From: an uncultured Pseudobdellovibrionaceae bacterium
Lineage (GTDB): Bacteria > Bdellovibrionota > Bdellovibrionia > Bdellovibrionales > Bdellovibrionaceae
Reading direction: 5' to 3'
Assembly: GCA_937900305.1 (NCBI GenBank)
Contig: CALCCV010000214.1
Location: forward strand, 1-40,389
Length of the DNA stretch: 40,389 nt
The notes under the pieces were generated by a model. That model saw nothing but the letters and a program-made list of their open reading frames with translations, was not told the origin of the DNA and searched no databases. Both the position numbers and the translations under genes were made by a program. Each line of letters opens with the position of its first letter. Positions within the stretch are counted from its first letter, which is position 1. Below are positions 18,113 through 28,190 of the stretch, piece after piece.

Positions 18113-18316
18113 TTAATCAAATTTTTTAAATTTTTTCAGAGCGCGCTTGCGAGCAGCGATCGACTTTTTCTTCAAACGAACACTTGGTTTTTCAAAGTGT
18201 TCACGTTTTTTCACTTCAGACAAAATTCCTGCTTTTTCGCAGGACTTTTTAAAGCGACGAAATGCAGATTCAAAGCTTTCGCCTTCTTTAATACGAATCA
18301 ATGCCAAAGAAATCAC
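18113..18316 (-). CDS. rpsU: 30S ribosomal protein S21
   Basis: [55 protein letters not shown] matches the S21 consensus (GESxExALRRFKRxxEKxG). The start is ambiguous: GTG at 18316, or TTG at 18307 or 18301. The 118-aa ORF-track version is an upstream over-extension. Confidence 0.9.
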   Translation of the reverse strand: MISLALIRIKEGESFESAFRRFKKSCEKAGILSEVKKREHFEKPSVRLKKKSIAARKRALKKFKKFD

Positions 18317-18344
18317 CCACCCTTCAAGCCGGCACGAAGGAGCA

Positions 18345-18373
18345 GCTATAGCAAGGACGATGGGGATTGACAA
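18345..18373 (-). promoter_or_regulatory. Candidate sigma-70 promoter for rpsU operon
   Basis: Minus strand: TTGTCA (18373-18368), 17-nt spacer, TATAGC (18350-18345). About 30 nt upstream of the rpsU start. Confidence 0.35.
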
Positions 18374-18395
18374 TCTGGAAACATCCGCTATTTCA
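18367..18395 (+). promoter_or_regulatory. Candidate sigma-70 promoter for tadA
   Basis: Perfect TTGACA at 18367-18372, 16-17-nt spacer, weak -10 TATTTC/ATTTCA. About 50 nt upstream of the tadA ATG. Confidence 0.3.
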
Positions 18396-18445
18396 CGCCA
18401 GTCCCATTGCTGAGCATAAGGGCAGGATTTCAAAGGAGCGGTGCA

Positions 18446-18946
18446 ATGGTCGAAAAATCTCAGATGCAAAGGGCCTCAGATCTGACCTGGATGGCCAAGG
18501 CGCTCAAATTGGCTCAGCAGGCGGAAGATCGCGCAGAAGTGCCTATCGGTGCGGTCGTTGTGCGCAATGGCATTGTCGTGGCCAAGGCCTTCAATCGTCG
18601 GGAAACATGGCCCTCTCCGATTGCCCATGCTGAGGTTTTGGCATTGCACCGAGCTGCCCAAAAACTGGGGGCTTGGCGCCTCACCGATTGTGAACTCTTT
18701 GTCACCCTCGAGCCGTGTATTATGTGCGCAGGTCTTTTGGTTCAAGCCCGGATCAAACGAGTGATTTATGGCGCCAAAGATCCAAAAGGGGGCGGAGTCG
18801 AGTCGCTTTATCAGATTACAGAAGATCGAAGGCTCAACCACCAGGTCGAAGTGACTTCCGGTGTGATGGCTAAGGAGTGCCAGAGCTTACTACAGAATTT
18901 TTTTAAGCGCCGGCGATTAGAAAATAAGGCTAAATTAACTTTGTAG
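18446..18946 (+). CDS. tadA: tRNA-specific adenosine deaminase
   Basis: CDA-fold zinc motifs HAEVLAL and LEPCIMCAG. The ATG at 18446 has GGAG 7 nt upstream. Confidence 0.92.
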   Translation: MVEKSQMQRASDLTWMAKALKLAQQAEDRAEVPIGAVVVRNGIVVAKAFNRRETWPSPIAHAEVLALHRAAQKLGAWRLTDCELFVTLEPCIMCAGLLVQARIKRVIYGAKDPKGGGVESLYQITEDRRLNHQVEVTSGVMAKECQSLLQNFFKRRRLENKAKLTL

Positions 18947-18955
18947 CGAAGCAGT

Positions 18956-19684
18956 TTAGGAATTCGACAGCACCAACCGGTACCCGATACTGGGGACAGC
19001 CATAATTGTCCCGTTAAATCCCTCTAGTTTTTTCTTCAGGTAATTGATCTGGCTGTCGATGTTTCGCGACGTGACTTCGACTTCGCCCCAAACTTCGTCA
19101 AGGCACTGTTTTCGAGTGACAACCTGATTTGCATTTTCAACCAGCAATTTCAGAATATCGAACTGCTTGACCGTCAATTTAAATGTTTTGTCTTCAATGG
19201 TGACGTCGCGAGAAATCAAATCCATTTTCAAATTTCCAGCCTGGAGGCAAGTTGAAGACTTTGGAGTTTGTTTGTCGGAAAGACGCACCTTCATCCTGGC
19301 AACGAGCTCGTCGATGCTGTAAGGCTTCGGAATAAAATCGTTGGCGCCAGCTTCAAAAGCACGAACACGGTCTTCAGAGCCCTCGATTCCCGAAACAAAC
19401 AGCACTGGAACTTGATCAAGAGTTTTGTCAGATCGGATTTGTTTGCAAACCTCAAGACCGGATACACCGGGCATCAAATAATCCAAAAGAATCAATTGAG
19501 GTTGAAATTGTTTAATCGTAGCCATAACCGCTTGGGGATTGCTCACGGCCTGCACGGCAAAGTGATCCGATAAAAGTTCAACTAGCGTTTCACAGGCTTC
19601 GGGAGAGTCGTCAACAACGAGGACCTTGTTGAGATCTTTCGCTGGTTCTTGATTTGGTTCATGAGCAGTCATAATTGCATCCAT
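18956..19684 (-). CDS. OmpR/PhoB-family response regulator
   Basis: Receiver domain: VVDDSP, LILLDYLMPGVSG, FVSG and IPKP. Winged-helix output: LTVKQFDILKLL..VVTRKQCLDEVWG..SRNIDSQINYLKKKL..VPSIGYRL. Confidence 0.9.
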   Translation of the reverse strand: MDAIMTAHEPNQEPAKDLNKVLVVDDSPEACETLVELLSDHFAVQAVSNPQAVMATIKQFQPQLILLDYLMPGVSGLEVCKQIRSDKTLDQVPVLFVSGIEGSEDRVRAFEAGANDFIPKPYSIDELVARMKVRLSDKQTPKSSTCLQAGNLKMDLISRDVTIEDKTFKLTVKQFDILKLLVENANQVVTRKQCLDEVWGEVEVTSRNIDSQINYLKKKLEGFNGTIMAVPSIGYRLVLSNS

Positions 19685-19886
19685 AATTAGTGACTTTCTA
19701 AATTATCAAATTTGAATTCAAGTTTCGCACTTTTTTAGCAATTTTCGTATTTCTTATTTACGTGTTTTTTATCTCTTGCTTCGTTTCTTGTCCAAAGCCG
19801 CGACGAACTCAGGTTGGAAGAGTTGGGTGGGTGAGTCCACGCGGATCATGACTACATCTTAAAAACACTCTCACTTTTAGCAACAC

Positions 19887-20249
19887 TTATTTCTGTTTGG
19901 AGGCTTCTTTCTTAGCAGTTATGAAAGCCAACACTTTTTCGCGAAGATCTCCCTGCAACTCGACAACGCCCTCATCGTCTAGCAGCTTTGATGTTCCTCC
20001 GCATCCGCATTTTTGCTTTAACTCCTTAGCGAGAGCCTCTAAGAAGGCTGTGTTTTTTGGCAGCCGACTGATAACGGTGACAAGTTTTCCACCCCGTCCC
20101 GATTTCTCTAATTGAATTTTGGCTTTGATGTCCGACCAACTTTTGGCAGAACTCTCTTTGACGCACTTGCACTCATCTCTCAATCGGCCGCACTTTGCGC
20201 AATTGAGACGATCTCGTGGATCTGAGGAATAAACTGGGCGATAATTCAT
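19887..20249 (-). CDS. yciH: SUI1/eIF1-family protein (YciH-like translation initiation factor/inhibitor)
   Basis: N-terminal Cys cluster CAKCGRLRDECKC. SUI1 core: IQLEKSGRGGKLVTVISRLP..LAKELKQKCGCGGT..VELQGDLREKV. Confidence 0.85.
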   Translation of the reverse strand: MNYRPVYSSDPRDRLNCAKCGRLRDECKCVKESSAKSWSDIKAKIQLEKSGRGGKLVTVISRLPKNTAFLEALAKELKQKCGCGGTSKLLDDEGVVELQGDLREKVLAFITAKKEASKQK

Positions 20250-20300
20250 GAAAGAATGATCGTCATCTTCAGAGCGGTGTCAAGGCTCGGAGCCTTGATC

Positions 20301-21815
20301 TCAACCCGCAGTGGCGCCAGAGGCGTCTTCCGAACCCAGTTTAACTTGCTGCATTTCTTTGCCGTCGAAACGATAAAGGTGAGGCTCACCATCCATCACG
20401 GTGACAAGGCAAACTGGACGATTCCAAACTTTTTGAACATTTTTAAGAGTGGCATTCATAAAGTCTGGCTGCATGTCGATCCCTTCATGCAGGTGGGTGA
20501 GTAAAAGCTCTCCGCGATTTTCAAAATTTGCATTGTCGACCCGAATGATAGGCTGACCAAAGTTTGTCATGAAAAACAAAAGCTTTGCCTTTATCGCTTT
20601 AAAATCGCGGGTATCGACTTCATATCGACCCGTGCGTTTGTTAAATTTGTAAACGAAGAGTCGATTGCGGACGCAAAAATCTTCTGTGAGAAATTCATCG
20701 ATAAAAGTCACGTCGTTGTAGATCTTACGAATCTCAAAAATTTTCTCGCGTCCAAGTCCAAGTTTTTTATCCCAATTTTTTCGTTCGCGGATGTCGTCGC
20801 AGTCTTCCCATTCGCGACCAAACTGTCCTTTATTCCATCGTTCTTCAATGTCTCTGAAGAGCTCAATGCCCACCTTGTAGGGATTGTAACCGTTCGGCGA
20901 CATCGCCATAGTCCCAGAGTGGTGATCGGCAAAATCAATGATTTCGGAATCGCTTAAAATTTTCTCGGTCATCAATTTAGAGTGCCAGTAGGAAGCCCAA
21001 CCCTCATTCATCGTTTTGGTCATGCCTTGAGGTGCAAAATAATAAGCTTCATCGCGAACAATTGACAAAACATCCTGCTGCCAATCTTCGAGCGGAGCAA
21101 ACTGCTGCAAGAACTTGAGAATGTCGCGTTCTGGCTCGGGTGGAAACTTTGCCCGCTTGTTCGCCTTTTCGCTCATCACTCGCTTTTGCTCTTCAACAAA
21201 CGCAGGGGGATTGATATAGTCGCGCATGTAGGCCCGGTCGACCCGCAACAAAAAGTCTCCCGGTTGACGATCGGATTCAACGGGCTTCGTTGGAACAATC
21301 GATCGTTCGACATAGGGGCTGTAGCGATCAATTAAATTTTCGAGGCTGAGGCAGGTGTCTACGAAGCTTTCGACAACTTCATATCCATAGCGGTCGACAT
21401 ATCGGCGAATGCGAGTTGCATGATTCGCCATTTGATCCATCATTTTGCGATTTGTTTTGCCAAACCAGACGTTGTTTTTAAAAAAATCGCAATGCCCATA
21501 GACGTGAGCCATGACCAACTTTTGATCCATGTGCATGTTGCCTTCCATCAGGTAGGCGTAGCAAGGATCGGTATTGATCACCATTTCATAAATTTTTGAA
21601 AGTCCGTACTCATAGCTCTTTGAGAGATGTTCATATTCCATCCCAAATTTCCAATGAGGGTAACGAATCGGAAAACCGCCATAAGCCGCAAATTGATTGA
21701 TTTGATCATAGGTAATCAACTCAAAAACGGTTTCGAAACAATCGAGCCCGGCATCTTTCGCAATCTTGCAGATTTTCAGTCGCTCTCGCTCTAGCTCCGG
21801 AGTTAAATTCGCCAT
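20301..21815 (-). CDS. spoVR: SpoVR/YcgB family protein
   Basis: Strong N-terminal family match: DCFETVFELITYDQINQFAAYGGFPIRYPHWKFGMEYE..YEMVINTDPCYAYL. 504 aa. Confidence 0.92.
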   Translation of the reverse strand: MANLTPELERERLKICKIAKDAGLDCFETVFELITYDQINQFAAYGGFPIRYPHWKFGMEYEHLSKSYEYGLSKIYEMVINTDPCYAYLMEGNMHMDQKLVMAHVYGHCDFFKNNVWFGKTNRKMMDQMANHATRIRRYVDRYGYEVVESFVDTCLSLENLIDRYSPYVERSIVPTKPVESDRQPGDFLLRVDRAYMRDYINPPAFVEEQKRVMSEKANKRAKFPPEPERDILKFLQQFAPLEDWQQDVLSIVRDEAYYFAPQGMTKTMNEGWASYWHSKLMTEKILSDSEIIDFADHHSGTMAMSPNGYNPYKVGIELFRDIEERWNKGQFGREWEDCDDIRERKNWDKKLGLGREKIFEIRKIYNDVTFIDEFLTEDFCVRNRLFVYKFNKRTGRYEVDTRDFKAIKAKLLFFMTNFGQPIIRVDNANFENRGELLLTHLHEGIDMQPDFMNATLKNVQKVWNRPVCLVTVMDGEPHLYRFDGKEMQQVKLGSEDASGATAG

Positions 21816-21818
21816 AGA

Positions 21819-22916
21819 TTATTTTCCCTTGCCCAGAAAATCCTTAATAGAATCTAAAATTTTATCTTTTCCTTCAATCTGGCTCAGCGTAATGCGGTCG
21901 TCGCCTGAAAAATCCTTTTGCAGATCCTTCAAGAATTGGCCACTTCCGTACTTGCTCTCTACCTGCCCATAACAAAAAACATTCACGTTCGGCAGAAAGA
22001 ATTCGCGCAAGAGCTTAACGCACAAGCGAGTGTCTTCGCCGCTCCAGTTATCTCCATCGCTGAAATGAAACGGATAAACGTTCCACTCGTTGATGGGGTA
22101 GTCTTTTTGAATGATTTCTTGGCAAAGACGATATGCTGAACTGATCAGTGTACCGCCGGATTCGCTAGTTCTAAAAAAAGTGTCTTCATCTACCTCTTTA
22201 GCTGCGGCATCGTGAATGATGAATCGAGTTTCCAGACCTTTATAGTGCTTCTTTAGCCACGTGTTGATCCAAAAACTTTCGAGCCGGACGATCTCTTTTT
22301 GCTCGTCACCCATTGATCCCGAAACGTCCATCATATAAATGACAACGGCTTTGGTTTGCGGCTGTACGATGCGCTTGAAAGTTCGGTATTGAAAATCCCG
22401 TCGAATGGGAATGATCACTGGATCTGATGAATCGTAGGTTCCTGAAGAAATATACCGTTTCAATGCTCGTTTGTACGATGATTTGAAATGACGAAGGCCC
22501 TCCGGCCCGACAGGAGCTAGACCTGAGTATTTCGTTTTCATGGTATCGATATTTTTATTTCCTTTAGGAACGATACGAGGAAGCTCCAGCTTTTCACCCA
22601 GAATTTCAGCCAGCTCATCCATAGAGAGTTCGACCTCTAGAAGATGTTCGCCGTCGTTGTTGCCAGCTTGGCCTTGGCCGCCTTCGCCCTCTTCCCCCAC
22701 GCCATCGCCAGGTTGCCCCTGGCCTTGGCCAACACCACCCTGCTGCTTGGGTCCGTATCGAAAGTTAGGAATGTCGATCGAAGGCAGGGGGATTTTGACG
22801 AAATCGTTTTCACGTTTTCCGATCATTTCCCCTTGAGTCACATACTTCTTAAACTCTTCTTTAACCTTGCCCTTAATGATGTCGCGAAATCGATTGTGGT
22901 CCTCTTTGATCGGCAT
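21819..22916 (-). CDS. yeaH: YeaH/YhbH (DUF444) protein with vWA-like MIDAS motif
   Basis: Gly-rich acidic loop [29 protein letters not shown] motif MMDVSGSMG. 3-nt gap to spoVR. Confidence 0.9.
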   Translation of the reverse strand: MPIKEDHNRFRDIIKGKVKEEFKKYVTQGEMIGKRENDFVKIPLPSIDIPNFRYGPKQQGGVGQGQGQPGDGVGEEGEGGQGQAGNNDGEHLLEVELSMDELAEILGEKLELPRIVPKGNKNIDTMKTKYSGLAPVGPEGLRHFKSSYKRALKRYISSGTYDSSDPVIIPIRRDFQYRTFKRIVQPQTKAVVIYMMDVSGSMGDEQKEIVRLESFWINTWLKKHYKGLETRFIIHDAAAKEVDEDTFFRTSESGGTLISSAYRLCQEIIQKDYPINEWNVYPFHFSDGDNWSGEDTRLCVKLLREFFLPNVNVFCYGQVESKYGSGQFLKDLQKDFSGDDRITLSQIEGKDKILDSIKDFLGKGK

Positions 22917-22933
22917 TTGGCCTCACTCTAAAA

Positions 22934-25012
22934 TCACTGTTTATTCTTCACATCACCGCGGGCAAAGATGCTCGCGACGTAGTGGAGGACGTCGATCGCA
23001 GAGATTTCGTCGTAGCCGAATTCTTTGATCAATCGGGTTTTCACAATGTCGATCTTTTCTTGAGTGTCTTTGTCGACAACTGAGCTCACCAGTGAAGTCA
23101 GTTTGATGCTATCTTTTTGGTCTTCAAACAGCTTCAGCTCCAATGCCTTGTGAAGACGTTCATTCATTTTGTAATTGAATTTTTTGCCTTCCAAAGACAG
23201 AGCGCCGATGTAATTCATAATCTCGCGACGAAAGTCATCTTTTCGCGATTCTGGAATTTCAATTTTCTCTTCAATCGATCGCATCAAACGCTCATCTGGC
23301 TCTTCGTCCTGGCCGGTGAACTGGTTGCGCACTTTCTCTTTCTGAGTGTAGGCCTTTACATTGTCGATGTAGTTAGCACACAGACGCTGCAACGCACTCT
23401 CATCGGCGCTGATGGCCCGCTGAACCTCGCCCTTGATAATTTCTTCGTACTCTTGTTTCACGACTTGCAGCAATTCACGATATTCCGCACGTAACTCTTC
23501 GCTCGCAATCAGAGAGTGATTTTTGAGTCCCGAATCCAATTCATTTAGAATCATAAACGGATTCACAGAGCCACGGTTGTTTTGTTGGGCTGCAACGATT
23601 GCATTCGAAAGTTTGTCTTGAATGTACCGCGGAGAAATTCCTTCTAAACCTTCGCGGTGAGTTTCCTTGCGAAGTTCCTTAACGTTGTCCTCAGTGTAAT
23701 TCGGCAGCGTTTTACCATTATACAGTTTCAGCTTTTGCAAGCGAGTCAGATTGGCTTTTTTCGGCTTCTCCAGACGAGTTAAGATGGCCCACATTGCCGC
23801 CATTTCAATTGTATGGGGCGCAATTGAAATTCCACGCATCTTTTGAGAGTTGAAATCTTTCTTATAAATGGAAATCTCGTCTTTCCATTTTGTAATATAA
23901 GGAATATCCACTTTAACTGTCCGATCCCGCAAAGCCTCCATAAATTCATTGTCCTGAAGACGGCGATACTCGGGCTCATTCGTGTGGCCAATGATCACTT
24001 CATCGATATGAGTTTGGGCAAATTTCTTCGGTTTCACGCGGTGTTCTTGGGAAGCTCCCAACAAATCGTACAAAAACGCGACGTCTAATTTCAAAACCTC
24101 GACGAACTCAATTAGTCCACGATTAGCAACGTTGAACTCGCCATCGAAATTGAAAGCCCGCGGATCAGAATCTGAACCATACTCAGCAATTTTGCGATAG
24201 TTGATATCGCCTGTGAGTTCCGTCGAATCCTGATTTTTTTCATCTTTCGGTTGAAACGTTCCAATCCCGATGCGATCGGCTTCTGACAAAAACATCCTTT
24301 TCACACGAACATGCGAAAATACTTTCATCAGGTCCCCATGATATCGATCCATGAGTGCGCGAAAAATAAAGCGAGATGGCGGACTTAGCTCACCCTCCAG
24401 CTTAACTCTAAACTCACCGTTCTGACCCCGGTTGATTTCGTCCAGTGTTTGCGATCGCAAATCATCAGGGATCAAGAGAAGAGGTTCTTCGTGCATCGGG
24501 CTGACAAAAACTTTCTGAGACTTACCCAACAATCCGTCGAGTTCTCCCGTTTCGTCGACCCATTCAAATGTATAGAGAGCGCCTTCATCGGTTTTTGAAT
24601 AGGCCTCTAAGCCCTTCTTCAACATCCGGCAGACAGTTGATTTGGCACTTCCAACAGGACCGTGTAACAAAATCACCCGCTTTTCGGTTCCGTAACCGAG
24701 TGCCGCTGCTTTCAAGATATTCACGAGCTTCATGATCGCAACATCTAAACCAAATACGGCATCTTTGCCGCCAGCATTGGCATCATCAAAAAATTTGTAG
24801 CGAATAATCGGCTTTTTAAAGTCGACATAATCTTCGGTCCCATGCGAAACAATCATGTCGTACATGCGCTGAAAGGCATTGCGAGTGATTTTGGGATTGG
24901 CCTTCACGAGATCTAAGTAATCTTGAAAACTACCTGACCAATGAAGCTTGGTGATTGAGTTTGTGCTTTGCCAATTTTTAACGAGTGATGAAAGATCTAA
25001 TTTTGCCGACAT
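22934..25012 (-). CDS. prkA: PrkA/YeaG family serine protein kinase (AAA+ N-domain)
   Basis: Walker A in [13 protein letters not shown]. Long PrkA-type C-terminal domain. 692 aa. Confidence 0.95.
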   Translation of the reverse strand: MSAKLDLSSLVKNWQSTNSITKLHWSGSFQDYLDLVKANPKITRNAFQRMYDMIVSHGTEDYVDFKKPIIRYKFFDDANAGGKDAVFGLDVAIMKLVNILKAAALGYGTEKRVILLHGPVGSAKSTVCRMLKKGLEAYSKTDEGALYTFEWVDETGELDGLLGKSQKVFVSPMHEEPLLLIPDDLRSQTLDEINRGQNGEFRVKLEGELSPPSRFIFRALMDRYHGDLMKVFSHVRVKRMFLSEADRIGIGTFQPKDEKNQDSTELTGDINYRKIAEYGSDSDPRAFNFDGEFNVANRGLIEFVEVLKLDVAFLYDLLGASQEHRVKPKKFAQTHIDEVIIGHTNEPEYRRLQDNEFMEALRDRTVKVDIPYITKWKDEISIYKKDFNSQKMRGISIAPHTIEMAAMWAILTRLEKPKKANLTRLQKLKLYNGKTLPNYTEDNVKELRKETHREGLEGISPRYIQDKLSNAIVAAQQNNRGSVNPFMILNELDSGLKNHSLIASEELRAEYRELLQVVKQEYEEIIKGEVQRAISADESALQRLCANYIDNVKAYTQKEKVRNQFTGQDEEPDERLMRSIEEKIEIPESRKDDFRREIMNYIGALSLEGKKFNYKMNERLHKALELKLFEDQKDSIKLTSLVSSVVDKDTQEKIDIVKTRLIKEFGYDEISAIDVLHYVASIFARGDVKNKQ

Positions 25013-25053
25013 GGCCCCTCCCTGTCCTTGGATCGAGTCCTGAATCTAAAATC

Positions 25054-25083
25054 AGTATACAGAGGATGATAACTGACAAGCAA
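25054..25083 (-). promoter_or_regulatory. Candidate sigma-70 promoter for prkA operon
   Basis: Minus strand: TTGCTT (25083-25078), 18-nt spacer, TATACT (25059-25054). GGGAGGGG SD precedes the ATG at 25012. Confidence 0.35.
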
Positions 25084-25137
25084 AAGATTTTACGAATCCG
25101 GACGAGGCCACGGTGAAACACTTCATGAACTGCAGAT

Positions 25138-25821
25138 TCAAAGTTGTATCAATTTGTAACTTTCTTTCTTTTCGAGTTGAAAAAGCAGGGGGTTGGGTTT
25201 CAAACTTGCTGGAGGGTCTGTAATCGCCCACATCAGTTCAAACTTTGCTGACTCGACCCGGACCTTCCGTAAGCTTGGCGACTTTTCAATCTCTGTAACA
25301 GTGACGCCCTCTTTATTTTTGCAGCTCAAAAGAGCCATCTCGCCCAAAGTCTGGCAGGTCCAACCGTCGCCAAGTTCTCTCTGACCCTTTAACAGCCGAA
25401 GTAAAACCAATGGGTGAATATCGATCTTCACTAACGGCTTCAGCGAACCGGCTTCGGCTTGGCTCGAATAAAATGCTTTTTGTGGATAAACTTGGCACGA
25501 GTAATTGCGATTGTCGGCGACCAACGAGGCAACTTGGATGCCCATGGACGTTTGGGCTTCCAATCGCAACTTGTCTATTCCTTCGACAATGCCATCGACA
25601 TTTAGATACTGCTTATGATTTTTCACCTTATCTGTAATCTGAACTTTGGTTGCCCAACGAAAGACCCCTTCATCCACAGCCGAAACCTCAACATCAGGTT
25701 TCACGCCACCACCGCAACCATTCAAAATGATAGATGATAAAATGAACAAACTAAACTTTAGAAGAGGTGAAGACCAAACAAAAATCCTGTTAAAAAAGTG
25801 CGGGAAACTTTGATAATTCAT
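25138..25821 (-). CDS. Lipoprotein, function unknown (LolB/DUF4292-like is only a guess)
   Basis: The ATG at 25821 gives a signal peptide ending in the lipobox ILNGC. A GTG at 25839 is an alternative start. It lies directly downstream of the TPR lipoprotein gene. Confidence 0.6.
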   Translation of the reverse strand: MNYQSFPHFFNRIFVWSSPLLKFSLFILSSIILNGCGGGVKPDVEVSAVDEGVFRWATKVQITDKVKNHKQYLNVDGIVEGIDKLRLEAQTSMGIQVASLVADNRNYSCQVYPQKAFYSSQAEAGSLKPLVKIDIHPLVLLRLLKGQRELGDGWTCQTLGEMALLSCKNKEGVTVTEIEKSPSLRKVRVESAKFELMWAITDPPASLKPNPLLFQLEKKESYKLIQL

Positions 25822-25864
25822 AGTCTCAAAGCTTGCCACACTCCTTTATCAAATCCAAGAAGGA

Positions 25865-27739
25865 TCACTTTTCACGATTTTGTTGGGGAGTCGAATCCGC
25901 AGCGGCCGGTCGACGAAAGGGTGCGCCCTGCTGGTCAGCAATCAAAGAGATTTTTTGACGCAAATGACTGATTCTCTCTTTGTCAGACTCTAGTTCAATA
26001 GCTTTGTGATACATATCTAAAGCTTTTTCGGTCAGTGCTTGCTTGGCGTAAACATCACCCAGGTGTTCAGCGATGATTGGTACCTGCGGTTGATATTTGT
26101 GCGCGATTTCAAGGTATCTCAGCGCCTCCCTCAGATTTCCCCGCTGGAAATACACCCAACCTAACGTGTCGATGATGTAGCCGTCAGTGGGCTCAAGCTC
26201 TAAGGCTCGCTTTCCCATTTTCTCTGCTTGCTCAAGATTTTCTTTTGCATCGGCCCAAGAAAAGGCGAGGTAGTTCAACGCCTGGACGTGATTTGGATCT
26301 AGCTCCACGACCTTCGTCATATCCCGAATCATATGATCTCGTTGACCTAAACGATCTGAAATCACGCCACTAAAAAAATGCACCTGAGCGTTTTCGGGAA
26401 ATTTGTCGACAGCGACTTTAGCAGCCTTTTCAGCTTTCTTAAAATCCTTGGATTCGTCGAGCAGTGAAATGTTGAGCGTGTGAAAGGCCGCGTTCTCTTC
26501 TTTTTCGAAAAGCGCCTTCTGAACCAGGCTAAGAGCCGCATTCAGGTCTCCCCGCTTTTTTTCCAAATACACGGCGTGCAAAATTGCGTCTTGATAAAAG
26601 CTAGAAGCGGTCGGTACCTTTACAAAATTGGAAACGGCTTTGTCGACTTCGTTCATTTCTTCATACACGGCACCCAAATAGTAACGAACTTTGTCTGAAT
26701 CTGGCGCCAATTCCAAAACTTGTTCCAGGCGTTTGGCGGCTTCAGGATAGATCTTCTTTTCAATCAAAATTAAAGCCATGCGCATTTTGATTGAAATTGA
26801 ATCATCTGTTTGGCTTTCGAGATACTCAAGTTGCTCATAGGCCTCATCAAGCTTTTGATTTTCGATGTAAGTTTGCGCTAAAATTTCAGCCACTTTTGTG
26901 TGAGGGCCGTAACTCTTTTGATATTTCTGAAGCACAGGTAAGATCTCCTTCGTGCGGCCCCATTTTTCATAAAGGGCTGCGAGAGAGATCGTGGACTCTG
27001 CAAAATCCGGCTTAGCTTGAATGGATTTTAAGAGATTTTTTTCGGAGTCTTTGAAGTTCTTTTCTCCACCCTGCTCCATGCGAACTCGACCAATATAATA
27101 AGGGGGCAGATGAACGGCTGAGTAGTCTGAATTTTTCGCCATCGATTCAAAAAACTGAACAGACTTGTCGTACTCCTTCATCTCGCCGTAGACTGCACCC
27201 AGATAAATAGGCGCTTCTTGATTTTTAGGGTTGTCTTGCAGAACAGCCAAATATTGCTCCACTGCTTTTGGAAAAATCCTCATTGACGAGTACAACCCGC
27301 CCAACAAAATGCGAGCCTGCACATTTTTTGGATCACTTTTCACTGCCAATGTGGCGTGCAATAACGCCTCTGAAAATTGGTTGCTGCGTAAAAGTTCAGT
27401 CACCAAGCGAAGACGCACTGTGGTTGAATTCGGTTCCAAAGCGAGAACTGACTTGAAGGCTTCAACTGCTTTTGGACTGTTGCCTTCTAAAGAATAAGCT
27501 TCACCGATCGAAAAGTTGTAGTCGGCTTGCGATCGAGCTTCATAATCTTTGTACGACTCTTTCACATCAGACTCTTTCGTAGGCAGAAATGAAACCTGAT
27601 TGGGGTATTTCTTCGAAGACGTCATCGCACCTGGCGAGCCGCCGGAAGAAGAGGACGTTGTTTCTAGGGATGTACATCCCAGCCCCAATCCGACTCCCAG
27701 AATCATCCCGACTCGTGCCCATAGCATTAAGCTTGTCAT
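25865..27739 (-). CDS. Tetratricopeptide-repeat lipoprotein
   Basis: Signal peptide with lipobox GLGLGC. More than 10 recognisable TPR units (repeated A..Y..AL..-P-N patterns) across 624 aa. Confidence 0.8.
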   Translation of the reverse strand: MTSLMLWARVGMILGVGLGLGCTSLETTSSSSGGSPGAMTSSKKYPNQVSFLPTKESDVKESYKDYEARSQADYNFSIGEAYSLEGNSPKAVEAFKSVLALEPNSTTVRLRLVTELLRSNQFSEALLHATLAVKSDPKNVQARILLGGLYSSMRIFPKAVEQYLAVLQDNPKNQEAPIYLGAVYGEMKEYDKSVQFFESMAKNSDYSAVHLPPYYIGRVRMEQGGEKNFKDSEKNLLKSIQAKPDFAESTISLAALYEKWGRTKEILPVLQKYQKSYGPHTKVAEILAQTYIENQKLDEAYEQLEYLESQTDDSISIKMRMALILIEKKIYPEAAKRLEQVLELAPDSDKVRYYLGAVYEEMNEVDKAVSNFVKVPTASSFYQDAILHAVYLEKKRGDLNAALSLVQKALFEKEENAAFHTLNISLLDESKDFKKAEKAAKVAVDKFPENAQVHFFSGVISDRLGQRDHMIRDMTKVVELDPNHVQALNYLAFSWADAKENLEQAEKMGKRALELEPTDGYIIDTLGWVYFQRGNLREALRYLEIAHKYQPQVPIIAEHLGDVYAKQALTEKALDMYHKAIELESDKERISHLRQKISLIADQQGAPFRRPAAADSTPQQNREK

Positions 27740-28190
27740 GTGACCTTCCTGTCCGTAATCAGCTCATCGGCCACAGCCAGAGCCGACTTTATGAAAAAGA
27801 CACATGGCGAGATAAATAAATATTTTGCTAAGGCATAAGAATTTTCAGACCAAAAAAATGGGCTCAAGTACCTAGTTTTATTATATAATTTTGGTATGGA
27901 CTTTGGTCGGCTAGTGGCCCACCCCCGAGGGCGTCAACCAGACTCGCCCAAGTCCGCTCACTAAGTGGAAAGCAGCGGTTGATGGGCTTGACAACATGTG
28001 GCGGCATCGTTAAGGTGCCGGGCATTGTAACCGAGAACTTCAATACTGGGGCACTCTCAAAATGGATGCATCAGACGGATGCTCGGGCGCATGTGACGAA
28101 CGACTACTAACAGACTAACGTATTAGGGTTGACCAAACCTTCTGCAACGGAGTCGCAGATGAGGGGGGGAGGTCGATGGGAGGCAATTTG

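Noticed and set aside
18317-18469. 118-aa version of the rpsU ORF
   Set aside because: Only the last ~65 residues match S21. The upstream part runs through the promoter region shared with tadA.
22650-22760. GC-rich Gly-codon repeat region
   Set aside because: It encodes the Gly/Gln/Glu-rich loop typical of YeaH/DUF444 proteins, so it is not an independent repeat element.
27892-27906. Sigma-54-like TGGTAT-N5-TTGG
   Set aside because: The -12 element is GG rather than the required GC, and the site lies about 285 nt from the phaR start.
27930-28030. SRP (4.5S) RNA-like strings: ACCAG, GTCCG, GGAAAGCAGC, GTGCCGGGCAT
   Set aside because: The conserved GNRA tetraloop helix-8 context (GGUCC-GGAA-GGAAGCAGCC) is absent, and I could not draw the long 5'/3' closing helix. 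This is probably a chance resemblance. An Rfam scan would settle it.
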